Made by a program: the position numbers and the translations under genes
Shown: positions 9,067 through 19,700 of the stretch, in pieces
Layout of the letters: each line of letters opens with the position of its first letter
Position numbering within the stretch: position 1 is the stretch's first letter
Notes under the pieces: generated by a model
What the model was told of the DNA's origin: nothing
The model's input: only the letters and a program-made list of their open reading frames with translations
The model's database searches: none
Source: Myxococcales bacterium
Lineage (GTDB): Bacteria; Myxococcota_A; UBA9042; JABWCM01; BTVJ01
Length of the DNA stretch: 64,000 bases
Assembly: GCA_045863395.1 (NCBI GenBank)
Contig: BTVJ01000001.1
Coordinates: forward strand, 32,001-96,000
Direction of reading: 5' to 3'

Positions 9067-10842
9067 ATGGACGACAGAGCGGGGGAGCAGCGGAGCGGAC
9101 CCGCGGCGCTGGACGCCGCGCTCCGGGGTCTTGCGATGTCCTTGGAGCGGGCCGGCGGGCCCGCGCCGGACCCGGCGGACGGCGAGGGTCTGCCGCAGAC
9201 CGCGCGGCTGGTCGAGCTGGGCGCCGAGTGGCTGGTCCAGGCGGACGAGGCCGACCCGGGCTCCCTGACTCGGTACGGCAACTTGATCGACGCGTGGCAG
9301 GAGGCGTACCGGCTCCTGCGACTGGCGGCCGTGGCCGCAGGGGTCGGCGGGCCGCTCCCCCGGGTGGGCGTTCCAGCCGACGCCTGCGCCGTAGACGTCG
9401 TGTGGAGCGCCCCACCGCACTGGCGCGGCGCTGAGTCCGTGTTCTTCGATGCGGGGACCTTCGGGCAGGTCGTCCTGGCGCGGGGGGTGCTCGGCGCCAT
9501 CACAGGAGGCGCACCGAACGGGACGCGCCCCGTGATCAGCCGCGGCTCCGTGGACGACTGGATGCTCTGGAGGAACGTGGTGATGGCGGACGCCGTGATC
9601 GCGGCGGCCGCCGCCGATCCCCACGGCCCGCTCGTGGACGCGCGCAGGGAGTGCTCGGGCCCGACGTTCTGGGCCACCGCAGACAAGCGCGCATTCACGC
9701 GGCGGGTGTTCGCGCGCGCCCTGTCCGCCGCCCGCTCACAGGGCGAGGTCGACGAGGCGACCCTCGAGGCGGTCGCCGCGATCCTGGGAGACGCGCTGGG
9801 CACGACGGGACCGGAGCTCCCTGCCCCCACGGACCCGGGCGACGCCACAGTGGAGGGAGCCGGGCCCGCCGACGCAGAGCCGGGAACGAGCCCGTCGCCG
9901 CCCCCGGTGCCCGTTGGGGACGCCGAGCCCGACGAGGCCATGCTCGACACCCTGGCGAAGATGACCCAACGATGGGAGGGATGCGGCTCGGAGCAGCTCG
10001 CGACGCTCGCGGGGGTGCTGGCAGGCGTGCTGGCGGCAGAGGGTCAGCGGCGGGAGCGGATCATCGCGCGGGCCGCCCTCGAGATCCAGCGCTCGGTGAG
10101 CAAGCTCGGCATCTACGGGTCTGCCGAACAGCGGCGCGAGGTGGTGCGCACCATGGAGGCGGTCCAGGGGTGGATGACCGCAAGGCACGTCGTCGTACAG
10201 CCCTTGGACGGCGGGCTCGACGCGTCGCGGGCGGAGGTCGAGGACGGCGCCGACGTCCACTTCACGGAGGGGACCGCCGCGCGCATCGTCGTGCCGGGCC
10301 TGACGTTGGCCGACGGGCGGATCCTGCAGGCCCCTCTCGTGCGCAGGCTCGGCCCCGTCACGCCCTACACGGCAGAGGTGCTCTCGGTGCTGCGGCAGGC
10401 CCCCCGGGTCCTGGCCATCGCGGCCCGCCCGCTGCGGGACGCGGCGCTGCGCCTCGCGACAGCGATTCTGGAGAGCGTGGAGGCGGGGCGCGGCACGGCA
10501 CGCCCGAGCCTCCTGGAGTTCCCCCTGTCCTCGCTGTTCAAGCTGCTCCACCAGGTCCGCCACGCCGCATCGGACGGGAGCGTCCACCCCGACGTCATCG
10601 CCGAGATCGAGGCGGTCCTCGATGCGCTGTGCCAGACCCTGGAGGCCCACCACGACCTCGTGGCGGACCCCGTCGCCATCGGCGCCCGCTTCCGCCCGGA
10701 GCGGGTGGAGCCCGTGGGCTTCGTGGCCCGCAGCTCCGAGCACCAGACCAGCGGCGTCGTCCACGAGGTGGTGTGGCCACCGCTGGTCCGCCGCAGCGAC
10801 CAGAGCCTGTGCCTCCTCGGTGGAGTGCTGACCGTGCGGTAG
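9067..10842 (+). CDS. Hypothetical protein with GrpE-like beta modules
   Basis: Starts 5 nt after the Hsp70-like stop. The C-terminus (DPVAIGARFRPERVEPV...SGVVHEVVWPPL...VLTVR) and an internal segment (GTAARIVVPGLTLADGRILQAPLV) resemble the GrpE head. Confidence 0.55.
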   Translation: MDDRAGEQRSGPAALDAALRGLAMSLERAGGPAPDPADGEGLPQTARLVELGAEWLVQADEADPGSLTRYGNLIDAWQEAYRLLRLAAVAAGVGGPLPRVGVPADACAVDVVWSAPPHWRGAESVFFDAGTFGQVVLARGVLGAITGGAPNGTRPVISRGSVDDWMLWRNVVMADAVIAAAAADPHGPLVDARRECSGPTFWATADKRAFTRRVFARALSAARSQGEVDEATLEAVAAILGDALGTTGPELPAPTDPGDATVEGAGPADAEPGTSPSPPPVPVGDAEPDEAMLDTLAKMTQRWEGCGSEQLATLAGVLAGVLAAEGQRRERIIARAALEIQRSVSKLGIYGSAEQRREVVRTMEAVQGWMTARHVVVQPLDGGLDASRAEVEDGADVHFTEGTAARIVVPGLTLADGRILQAPLVRRLGPVTPYTAEVLSVLRQAPRVLAIAARPLRDAALRLATAILESVEAGRGTARPSLLEFPLSSLFKLLHQVRHAASDGSVHPDVIAEIEAVLDALCQTLEAHHDLVADPVAIGARFRPERVEPVGFVARSSEHQTSGVVHEVVWPPLVRRSDQSLCLLGGVLTVR

Positions 10843-10881
10843 CGCCTTGCCGGCTCGTCGGATCGGGGCTAGGCTCGTCGG

Positions 10882-12350
10882 ATGCACGTCTCCCCGATGC
10901 ACGGGCGCGCCCGCTCGCACCCTCCGGCCTTGTTCCCGCGCCTGACCCCGGCCTGCGCCGCGGCCTTGGTGCTGGGCGCGCTCGCGGCCTCGTGCACGAC
11001 GCTGCGAGAGACCATCACCATCGACGCCTCGGGAGACACGACGAGCCCCTTCGATCCGGCGGGCGGCGGCTTCCCGGGCCCCCGCGGGGCCGGGAGCGGC
11101 GCGGGGGACGTCACCCAGGACGCCGCTGTGGACGGGTCGCTCGACGCGGGCGCCCTCCCCGAGACGGTCGGCGGCCCGGACGGCGCCCCGCAGACCTGCA
11201 CGCCGGACTGTGAGGGGCGACAGTGCGGCACCAACGGCTGCGGCGGCCTCTGCGGCACCTGCCCCCTCGGCCACCAGTGCCTGCCGACGGGGGCCTGCAC
11301 GGCGGAGGGGGGGGCGTATGTCAGGCGGACTGCTCCGGCAAAGCCTGCGGGAGCGACGGGTGCGGCGGCCTGTGCGGCGTGTGCCCGGGAGGGCTGGCCT
11401 GCCTGCCCGACGCCAAGTGCGGCGACCCGTCCCTGTGCACCCCCTCCTGCCTGGGGAAGCAGTGCGGGCCGGACGGCTGCGACGGCCTGTGCGGCACCTG
11501 CGCAGATGGTCTCTTGTGCTCCGCCACGGGGCAGTGCACGGGGGGCACCTGCGCCCCCTCCTGCGCGGGGAAGGCCTGCGGAGACGACGGCTGCGGCGGC
11601 CTCTGCGGCACCTGCCCGGCCGGAAAGAGCTGCGCCGGGGGCCAGTGCACCGGCGGCGGGTGCACGGCGAGCTGCGGCGGCAAGGGCTGCGGTGACGACG
11701 GCTGTGGCGGACTGTGCGGGGTCTGTCCGGCGGGCTCCAAGTGCGCGGGCGGGGGTCAGTGCATCTGCGTCCCGAGCTGCGATGGCAAGCAGTGCGGTGA
11801 CGACGGGTGCGCGGGTCTCTGCGGACTGTGCCCGCCCGGCGCGCTGTGCGGGGCAAACGGCGCCTGCGGCTGCGCCCCGGTGCCAGGGGAGAAGTCGGGC
11901 CCGAAGTGCGAGACCGCCTGGTTCGTCGGCTCCCTCCCCGACACGGGGACCACGCTGATGCTGGAGGGCGTGATCGCGACGCAGGAGGAGGTCGACTGGA
12001 TCCGCGTCGAGGCGGTGGACACGCCCGACGACCTGAGCTGCGACCAGTTCCACTTCCGCGTGCGGTTTGCGTCGAACCCTGCCGGCGCTCTGACGCTGAA
12101 TGTATCTCGGAGCGGCTGCGGGCCCGGCGATCAGCTCTGCACCGGCACCACGAACTTCGAGTGGATGACCGACTTCCTGACCGGGGACACCGGAGAGTGC
12201 CCGTGCACGGTGAAGCAGGATCTCACCGACGTGGGGGTCCACGTCTGCACGGACAACTCCGCGTCGTTTCTCATCGGGGTCCGCCACGCGCCCGGAGTCG
12301 TTGGCGCGTGCACTCCCTACGCGCTTGAGGTGACCAATGGGGTCTACTGA
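10882..12350 (+). pseudogene. Cys-rich lipoprotein (CxGKxCGxDGCGGxCGxC repeats) split by a frameshift in a G8 run
   Basis: Signal peptide, lipobox LAASC and the first repeat are in the frame of ORF 10882. The remaining repeats and C-terminal domain are in the frame of ORF 11223-12350. The frames switch at G8, 11307-11314. Confidence 0.8.
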
Positions 12351-14292
12351 GCTTCGTGCCCTCCTGCTCATCGGGCTCATGGCCTCGCCGGCTGCCCGAG
12401 CGGATTGCCCCGTCGGGAAGAAGACGCTCATCGACAACGGGCAGACCGGCTATGCGGAGACTGGAGACTCCTGGAACACCTGGCCATCCAACCAGCAGTC
12501 CATCGGGCCGGACTATCGCTACCTGAGCAAGTACGTGGGGGCTCCTGGCGCCAAGGGCAAGGCGACCTGGACGCCCAAGCTGCCGGCGGCGGGGCTCTAC
12601 AAGGTGGAGGCCACGTTCCGTGCCACCGAGAACCGGACCAGCGACGCAGACTACTTCGTGCACGCGGGGGACGGGAAGGTCACCCACAAGGTCGTCGACC
12701 AGCGGGACGGCACGGACAAGGGGCAGCCCTCCCACGGCCCGGTCTACGCGGATCTCGGCACCCACTGGTTCGCCCCGGGCAAGGGGCACGTGGTGCTGGA
12801 CGGCACGGACGACTCCCAGTCCGACGAGGCGGACGCCGTCCAGTGGACCCTGGTGTCGTGCACGGACGGCGGGGAGCCGGAGCCACCGAAGGGGTGCTCC
12901 GCCAAGAGCCCCGTGGTGGGCTACGCCGTGTCGGTGGGGGCGGCGACCGGGTGGGAGAGCGAGGGCAACGCACAGGGGGCACCCGACGACGTGTTCGCGC
13001 TCAATCCCAACCTGGAGTCCGGTGAGACTCTCCAGGCGACCGGCTTCGACACCTGCGACCCCGATGGCAGCGAGACGATCACCAGTGTCACGGTCGGGGT
13101 GCGCACCAAGGTGCAGTATGCGAGCGGCAAGTATGCCGTCGTACTGAAGCTGGCGTCGGCGGGTGTCACCAAGACCTTCGCCCACGAGGCCCTCGCCTGG
13201 GACGAGGTGGACGTGACGGCCACCAAGGCCGCCTGGACCTGGGCGGACGTCAAGGGCCTCAGCGCCAAGCTGTCTCTCCACGACCACCCGGGCGGGTACA
13301 TCGACAGCGACGTGTGGGTGGACGCCTTCCGCGTGACGGTCGCCTTCACGAGCTGCGCCCCGCAGGCAGCGAAGGCCTGCATGGACGGGCAGATCCGCTG
13401 GATTGACTCCTGTGGGGCCGTCGGCGGAGTCGCCGACGGGTGCGACGACGGGGATCCTTGCACTGGGGACGGCTGCCTGGGCGAGAGCTGCACCCACGTT
13501 CCGGCTGGAACGCCGGACTGCGGTCCTGGTTGCACTCCGAGGGCGACCAAGGGCTGCCACGGGAACGCGGTGGTGTGGCTGGACTCCTGCGGCACGCCTA
13601 CCGAAGTGGTCGCACCCTGCGCCGACGAGGACCCCTGCACGGAGGACCTCTGTGACCCGGGGACGGGCACCTGCACGCACTCCCCGATCCCGTCCCCGGA
13701 GTGCTCCGCGTGCCCGCCGGGGGTCTCTACCCGGTGCGAAGGAGGCCACGTGCGGTGGGTGGACGGATGCGGCGCCACAGGCGCGGTCGCCGTCGACTGC
13801 GACGACGGGGACCCCTGCACCATCGACGGGTGCGTGGACCAGCTCTGCACCCACACCCACTCCTCAGATTGCGGAGAGGCCCCCGCCTGCACACAGACGC
13901 CGGCGGTGGTCTGTCAGGGCGGCGCGCTGGTATCCCTGGACGCCTGCGGCAAGGTGGTGGGCGTCTCGAAGGCGTGTGACGACGGAGACCCCTGCACCCT
14001 GGACGCCTGCGTGGAGGGCGCCCCGGAGAGCTGCGCCCATGCCCCACTGGAGCCGGAGCACTGCGCCAGCGGCGGGACCCTCGGCGAGCCGGCGAGCCTG
14101 GGCGGCGCCGGGAGCGGTGGCGCAGACGCGGCCGGCGGCTTCTCCAGCGCCCTGGACGCAGGTCATCAGGAGGTGCAGACGCGAACCTGGACGGAGGGCT
14201 GCGGGAGCGGGCGGGGTGGAGGCCCGGTCTCCCTCTCGGTACTCCTGCTGGGGCTCTGGCTCACCCGACGGCGGCGACCCGCCTCGGCCTGA
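12337..14292 (+). CDS. Secreted protein: golvesin/Xly-CBD-like domain, second beta domain, Cys-rich repeats and MYXO-CTERM sorting tail
   Basis: Signal peptide ending ARA. Motif ATWTPKLPAAGLYKV...DLGTHWF...ADAVQW. CDDGDPCT repeats. C-terminus EGCGSG...LSVLLLGLWLTRRRR. Confidence 0.8.
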   Translation: MGSTELRALLLIGLMASPAARADCPVGKKTLIDNGQTGYAETGDSWNTWPSNQQSIGPDYRYLSKYVGAPGAKGKATWTPKLPAAGLYKVEATFRATENRTSDADYFVHAGDGKVTHKVVDQRDGTDKGQPSHGPVYADLGTHWFAPGKGHVVLDGTDDSQSDEADAVQWTLVSCTDGGEPEPPKGCSAKSPVVGYAVSVGAATGWESEGNAQGAPDDVFALNPNLESGETLQATGFDTCDPDGSETITSVTVGVRTKVQYASGKYAVVLKLASAGVTKTFAHEALAWDEVDVTATKAAWTWADVKGLSAKLSLHDHPGGYIDSDVWVDAFRVTVAFTSCAPQAAKACMDGQIRWIDSCGAVGGVADGCDDGDPCTGDGCLGESCTHVPAGTPDCGPGCTPRATKGCHGNAVVWLDSCGTPTEVVAPCADEDPCTEDLCDPGTGTCTHSPIPSPECSACPPGVSTRCEGGHVRWVDGCGATGAVAVDCDDGDPCTIDGCVDQLCTHTHSSDCGEAPACTQTPAVVCQGGALVSLDACGKVVGVSKACDDGDPCTLDACVEGAPESCAHAPLEPEHCASGGTLGEPASLGGAGSGGADAAGGFSSALDAGHQEVQTRTWTEGCGSGRGGGPVSLSVLLLGLWLTRRRRPASA

Positions 14293-14296
14293 GGTC

Positions 14297-14458
14297 AGGC
14301 GCCGTTGCAAGACAACCGGTGCCATTCGGCCCCCGCTGCATCCCCTCTGGCAGCCTGGCGAGACCTTGGAAGGACAAGGCCCTGCCTGCGGTCTCACCAG
14401 ACTGCCAGCGGGGCGCATCGGGGCCCTCTATGGATCCGGTTGTTTTGCAGCGGCGCCT
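14297..14458. repeat. Long imperfect inverted repeat (69-bp arms, 24-nt loop) between convergent genes
   Basis: Arm 14297-14365 (AGGCGCCGTTGCAAGACAACCGG...CTGGCAGCCTGGCGAGACC) pairs with arm 14390-14458 (GGTCTCACCAGACTGCCAG...CCGGTTGTTTTGCAGCGGCGCCT). Confidence 0.9.
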
Positions 14459-16590
14459 TACAGCGGCGGCGTCCCGAGGACCTCGTAGGGATCCAGGATC
14501 TCCGCCACGCCGGTCTCGATCCACGTCTGCAGGAAGTGGGTCTCCTGCAACAGTCCCTCCTCACTCTTCGCCACATTGTCGTGCTCCGCCGCCACCGGCG
14601 CCGCCCCGACCGACTTGGTCACCCTGTCGAATTGAAACAGGCCCGCGGTCACGTCCGGAGCCATGTTGCCCGAGAACGGAGTCGGTGGCGACACCCCGAC
14701 GACGCCCACCTCCTGGAGCACGGGCTCCACGACCGGCACCCCGAGGGCCCGAGCCAGCGACCGGGTACACACGTTGGGCACGGTCTTGTCCCCCACGGCC
14801 ATGTTGAGCAGGAGCTGCGGCACGGGCCCAGCGCCCGGGAGCCGATCAGAGAGCACGTAAGGGGCGTAGTTGGAGGCGTCACCCCGCTCGATGAGGGTCT
14901 GGAGCACGGGGAAGAAGCGCACGACGTCCGACTTCGTGGCCCCGGCTGGCGTGAGGCCGAACAGGATCGGCGCAAAGGTCTCGCTGTCGCTCATGATGGA
15001 GGTGACGCGCCCACCGGGGACGGACAGGATCGCCGCCCCGACCCCCGGACTGAGCGCCAGCAGCTCGGCGCCCATGATCCCCCCGAGGCTCACCCCGAGG
15101 TAGCTGATGTGCTCGCTGTCGAGCTCGGGCGCGCCGTCTCCGTCCAGGTCCGGCGCGTCCGTCAGCAGGCGCACGAGCTGGAGCTTGTCGTAGGTGGACT
15201 GGCGCCAGTTGTCGCGGAGTACGAGCCCGTCCAGCTCCAGGGTCTCCAGCGAGATCCCGAAGAATGCCGCCACCGAGACCGCTGTGGTCGGCTTGGCCGG
15301 GGCGCTCGGGTGCTGGCCGTGGGCCACCGCGTCGATGGCGACGGTGGCGATGCCCATGGGCGCGGCCACCTCGGCGAGGGCCTTGGCCTGCCCTCGGTCC
15401 GAGCCAAGGCCATGCCCGAAGATCACCACCGGCCACGGGGGTTCCGCCGAGAGCGGCAGCCAGAGGCGCACGAGCAGCTCGTACGGGGCCTGTGGGGCGC
15501 CGTCCTGGACGACGCCGGCGGGGTCGCGATAGTCCCAGGCCGCAAAGGCGCCGTCGCACTCGCGCCAGCCGGCCTTGTCGGCGCAGGCGGGGGGCGCGGC
15601 CCACGAATAGGAGCGCCCCGCCACGTCCGACGCGGCGGCCACCGACGTGTCCACGATGGTCTGGGCAGTGAAGACCGTGGCGGCGCTCACGTCGCCGGGC
15701 GCCACGCCGGTCTTGGCGAGCAGCTCCTCGTAGCGGGGAAGCAAACGCACCAGGCGCGGGTCGGCGGCCGTGCCCCCGAGCAGCTTGCGCAAGGTGGGGC
15801 TCGGGGAGATGCAGCCACCGTCCGCGGCGGGAAGGTCCCGCGTGATCACGACCCCATGGCGGTGCCCCGGTACCAGCGGGACCATGGGCCAGAGGATCAG
15901 CGTGCTCTCCTCGTCGGCGGTCTGCACCTCGAAGGGGATCTGCACGGCCTCCGGACCGCTCAGATCCACGAGCCGGATGGCGCTCGTGCTCGCCGTCGCC
16001 TCACCGCTCGGCACGTCGAGCACCGGGCCCGTGAACCGCAGCAACACCCCAGCCGTGGTCCCGAACCCGTCCAGCTCCTGGAGCTGCACGAAGACCTCGT
16101 CGTACCCACCGGGGATGGTGGACAACCACGGCGCCAGCTCGTCGTCGAAGCGCACCCGCAGCCCGGTGGCGCTCTTCGGGTCCTCCACGGTGTAGTAGTC
16201 GTCGGGGAAGGTCTCGACGGCGAGCCCTGCGGTGGGCGCATAGGCGAACGCGGTCTCCCCCTCGCACCACCCGAGGGGGGCGATCACGCCGCCCGAGTCC
16301 TCCTCCAGGTCACCGCCGGCGTCACCGCCGGCGTCACCACCGCCCCCACCATCGCCCCCACCACCGCCACCACCCCCAACGTCCTCGGTCCCCACCACGT
16401 CGCCGACGTCGCCCCCCGCAGTGTCTGGTCCGCTGGTGTCCCCCAGGGTTCCCCCGCCGTCCTCGCCGGTGGCATCTCCGCCGCCGAGGTCTCCGCCCGC
16501 GTCCCCGGCGGGCAGCGCCGCGTCTCCAGGGCCGTCGGAGGCGCCGCACGCAGGCAGCGCGAGGAGCAGGCACAGCACGGCGAGTCTCAT
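14458..16590 (-). CDS. Lipoprotein alpha/beta hydrolase (extracellular lipase-like) with an N-terminal Ig-like region
   Basis: Lipobox LPAC, Gly/Asp linker, LDGFGT motif, VVIFGHGLG, AIDAVAHG, nucleophile elbow GVSLGG and DKTVPN. Confidence 0.8.
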   Translation of the reverse strand: MRLAVLCLLLALPACGASDGPGDAALPAGDAGGDLGGGDATGEDGGGTLGDTSGPDTAGGDVGDVVGTEDVGGGGGGGGDGGGGGDAGGDAGGDLEEDSGGVIAPLGWCEGETAFAYAPTAGLAVETFPDDYYTVEDPKSATGLRVRFDDELAPWLSTIPGGYDEVFVQLQELDGFGTTAGVLLRFTGPVLDVPSGEATASTSAIRLVDLSGPEAVQIPFEVQTADEESTLILWPMVPLVPGHRHGVVITRDLPAADGGCISPSPTLRKLLGGTAADPRLVRLLPRYEELLAKTGVAPGDVSAATVFTAQTIVDTSVAAASDVAGRSYSWAAPPACADKAGWRECDGAFAAWDYRDPAGVVQDGAPQAPYELLVRLWLPLSAEPPWPVVIFGHGLGSDRGQAKALAEVAAPMGIATVAIDAVAHGQHPSAPAKPTTAVSVAAFFGISLETLELDGLVLRDNWRQSTYDKLQLVRLLTDAPDLDGDGAPELDSEHISYLGVSLGGIMGAELLALSPGVGAAILSVPGGRVTSIMSDSETFAPILFGLTPAGATKSDVVRFFPVLQTLIERGDASNYAPYVLSDRLPGAGPVPQLLLNMAVGDKTVPNVCTRSLARALGVPVVEPVLQEVGVVGVSPPTPFSGNMAPDVTAGLFQFDRVTKSVGAAPVAAEHDNVAKSEEGLLQETHFLQTWIETGVAEILDPYEVLGTPPL

Positions 16591-16718
16591 GGGTCCTCCG
16601 TGGGCGACGTTCGAGAGAGCCCGACCAGTATAGGGCCCTCATGGTCCCAGCGCGACACCGCGGCGACGGGCGAGCCCGGACCTGGTACAGTCGCGGATCC
16701 CGGACGGGAGGTGTCAGG

Positions 16719-19700
16719 ATGGGTGGGCTGATCGAGGGGCTGTACGAGGAGCTGCTGACGACCGTACGCCTCGCGGCCCTGGAGCAGCAGCGCCAGCAAG
16801 GGTGGGTCGCAGAGGTGGCGGACCTCGACGGGGCTGCCGCCCACACGGTGATCGCCCGCGCCCTGGCTCAGCGCATCGAGCGGGCCCTGCGCGCGGTCCC
16901 ACACGACGAGCACCGACTGGAGTCACAGATCGCGCTCGCGAACCGTGTGCTCGCCCTCCTGGGCGAGGGCGGCGAAGCGCTGACCCCCAAGGAGCTGCAC
17001 GCCCTGGTCCGGCCCACCAGCGATCTGTCTCCGCGGTGCAGCCCCCCTCGCCCCGGGATCCCGCTGTCCGACCTGGGGCTCATCGTCAACGGCAAGGACT
17101 GGCGCATCGGGGCAGAGGTCTCCCGCGAGCTCCAGTCCGCCGACGAGGTGGATCTGGTCTGCTCCTTCATCCTGATGTCAGGGGTTCGCACCCTCCTGGA
17201 CGGCGTCGAGCGGCTCCGGGAGCGGGGTGGGCGCCTCCGCGTCCTGACGACGACCTACACCGGGGCGACGCAGCTCCGCGCGCTGGATGCCCTGGCGGCC
17301 CGCGGCGCTGAGATCCGCGTCTCCTACGACGGGAGCCGCACCAGGCTCCACGCCAAGGCGTGGATGTTCTGGCGGCGGACCGGCTGGCACACGGCCTACG
17401 TGGGGTCCTCCAACCTGTCCTCGTCTGCGCTCGTCGACGGGCTGGAGTGGAACGTGCGCCTGGCCGCGCGCGCCGCCCCTCAGGTCCTGGAGAAGCTCCG
17501 GGCGACCTTCGAGAACTACTGGAGCGACGGTGAGTTCGAGCCCCTTGATCGGGACCGCTTCTGTCGGGCCGTCCAGGTCGAGCGGCGCTCGCGGGAGGAG
17601 CCGTTCTCGACGCTGGAGCTCCGCCCGTACCCGTTCCAGGCCGAGATCCTGGAGCGGCTGCGCGTCGAGAGGGAGCTCCACGACCGCTGGGCCTCGCTCG
17701 TGGTCGCGGCCACGGGGACCGGCAAGACCGTCATCGCCGCCCTCGACTACAAGGGCCTGGTCGAGCGCCTGGGACCGCTCCGGCTGCTGTTCATCGCCCA
17801 CCGCCGAGAGATCCTGCAGGCGAGCCGCGCGACCTTCAGGCACGCCCTGGGCGACGGCTCCTTCGGCGAGCTGCTGGTGGACGGAGAGCGCCCGGCCGAC
17901 GGGCGGCACGTCTTCGCGTCCATCCAGTCCCTCGCGCTGCTCGACCTCGCTGCCCTCTCTCCGACCGCCTACGACGTCGTCGTCGTGGACGAGGTGCACC
18001 ACGCCGCCGCAGCCACCTACGAGGCGCTCCTCGCGCACCTGCGCCCGCAAGTGCTCCTCGGGCTGACCGCGACGCCCGAGCGCGCAGACGGGCAGAGCAT
18101 CCTCGGCTGGTTCGGCGGGCGCATCGCCGCAGAGCTCCGCCTCTGGGACGCCATCGACCGCGGCCTGCTCGTGCCCTTCCACTACTTCGGCCTGGCCGAC
18201 GAGGTGGACCTGTCACGGGTCACCTGGAGCCGCGGCCGCTACGCCCCCGCGGAGCTGGACAACGTCTACACGGGCCACGACGCCCGGGCGCGCCTCGTGC
18301 TGCGGGCGGTCCGCGACACCGTGGACGACGTGCGCTCCATGCGAGCCCTGGGCTTCTGCGTCAGCGTGCGCCACGCCCGCTTCATGGCCAGCAGGTTCGA
18401 CGAGGCCGGGATTCCGGCGCTCGCGCTCAGCGCGGAGACCGACCGGGAGACGCGCGCCGACGCCATGCGCAGGCTGCGGGACCGCGAGGTCAACGTGCTG
18501 TTCACCGTCGACCTCTTCAACGAGGGGGTCGACATGCCCTGGCTCGACACGGTGCTGTTCCTGCGCCCCACCGAGAGCGTGACCGTGTTCCTGCAGCAGC
18601 TCGGCCGCGGCCTGCGGACCGCGCCCGGCAAGCCCCTGCTGACCGCCCTCGACTTCGTGGGGCAGGCCCACCGCAGCTTCCGCTTCGACCTGCGGTGGCG
18701 AGCGCTGACGGGGGGCTCGCGCCGGGAAGTGCTGGAGCAGGTCGAGCAGGGCTTCCCGCTGCTCCCGGCCGGGTGCTCCGTCCACCTGGACCGGGTCTCC
18801 CGCCAGGTCGTGCTGGAGAACATCCGCCAGGCGGTGGGGACGAGCGCCCGCTCCCTGCGGGACGAGCTGCGCCGCCTGGGCGACGTCGACCTCGCCACCT
18901 TCCTGCGGGAGGCGGCCGTCGAGCCCGAGGAGCTCTACCGGGGGCGCAGCTTCACCGACCTGCGGCGCGACGTCGACCTCCCTACCGCCCCGCCCGGGCC
19001 GGACGAGACGCTGCTGCTGCGCCGCCTCCGTGGGCTCCTCCACCTGGACGACCCCGCGCGCATCGCTTCCGCCCGCGCCCTCCTCGCAGGGTCCGACCCG
19101 ATCACCGAGCAGGAACGCCGCCTCGCGCAAATGCTGCTCGTGTCGCTCCTGGGCCTGGACGCGACGGACCTGGAGGCCGGGCTCGCCCGCCTGCGCCGCC
19201 ACGACGCCGTCTGTCAGGAGCTGCGGTCCCTCCTCGACGTCCTCGACGAGCGGGTGGCGCACATCCCCATCGACCTTGGCGTCCCCGACGTCCCGCTCCG
19301 CGTCCACTGCCGCTACAGCCTCGACGAGGTGATGGCGGCCTTTGGTGACGTGCGCAACGGCGCCGTGTACCGCCCGCGAGGCCAAGGAGTCCACTTCGAC
19401 AGGCCGACGGCCTGCCACCTGCTCTTCGTGACGCTCTGCAAGTCGGAGCGGGACTACTCCCCATCCACCATGTACGACGACTACGCCATCTCCGAGCGGG
19501 CCTTCCACTGGCAGTCCCAGAGCACGACCGCTGCGGGCAGCCTCGACGGGCGGCGCCACCAGCAGCACGCTGCCCTCGGGGTGACACCGCTGCTCTTCGT
19601 GCGGGAGCGAAAGAAGGACGACCGGGGGCAGACCCTGCCCTACACGCTCCTCGGCCCCGTCACCTACGTCTCCCACGAGGGGGAGCGCCCCATGAGCATC

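Noticed and set aside
14297..14458. Hairpin as an integron attC site or IS end
   Set aside because: No RYYYAAC/GTTRRRY core boxes, no integrase or transposase in the window, and no clear target-site duplication.
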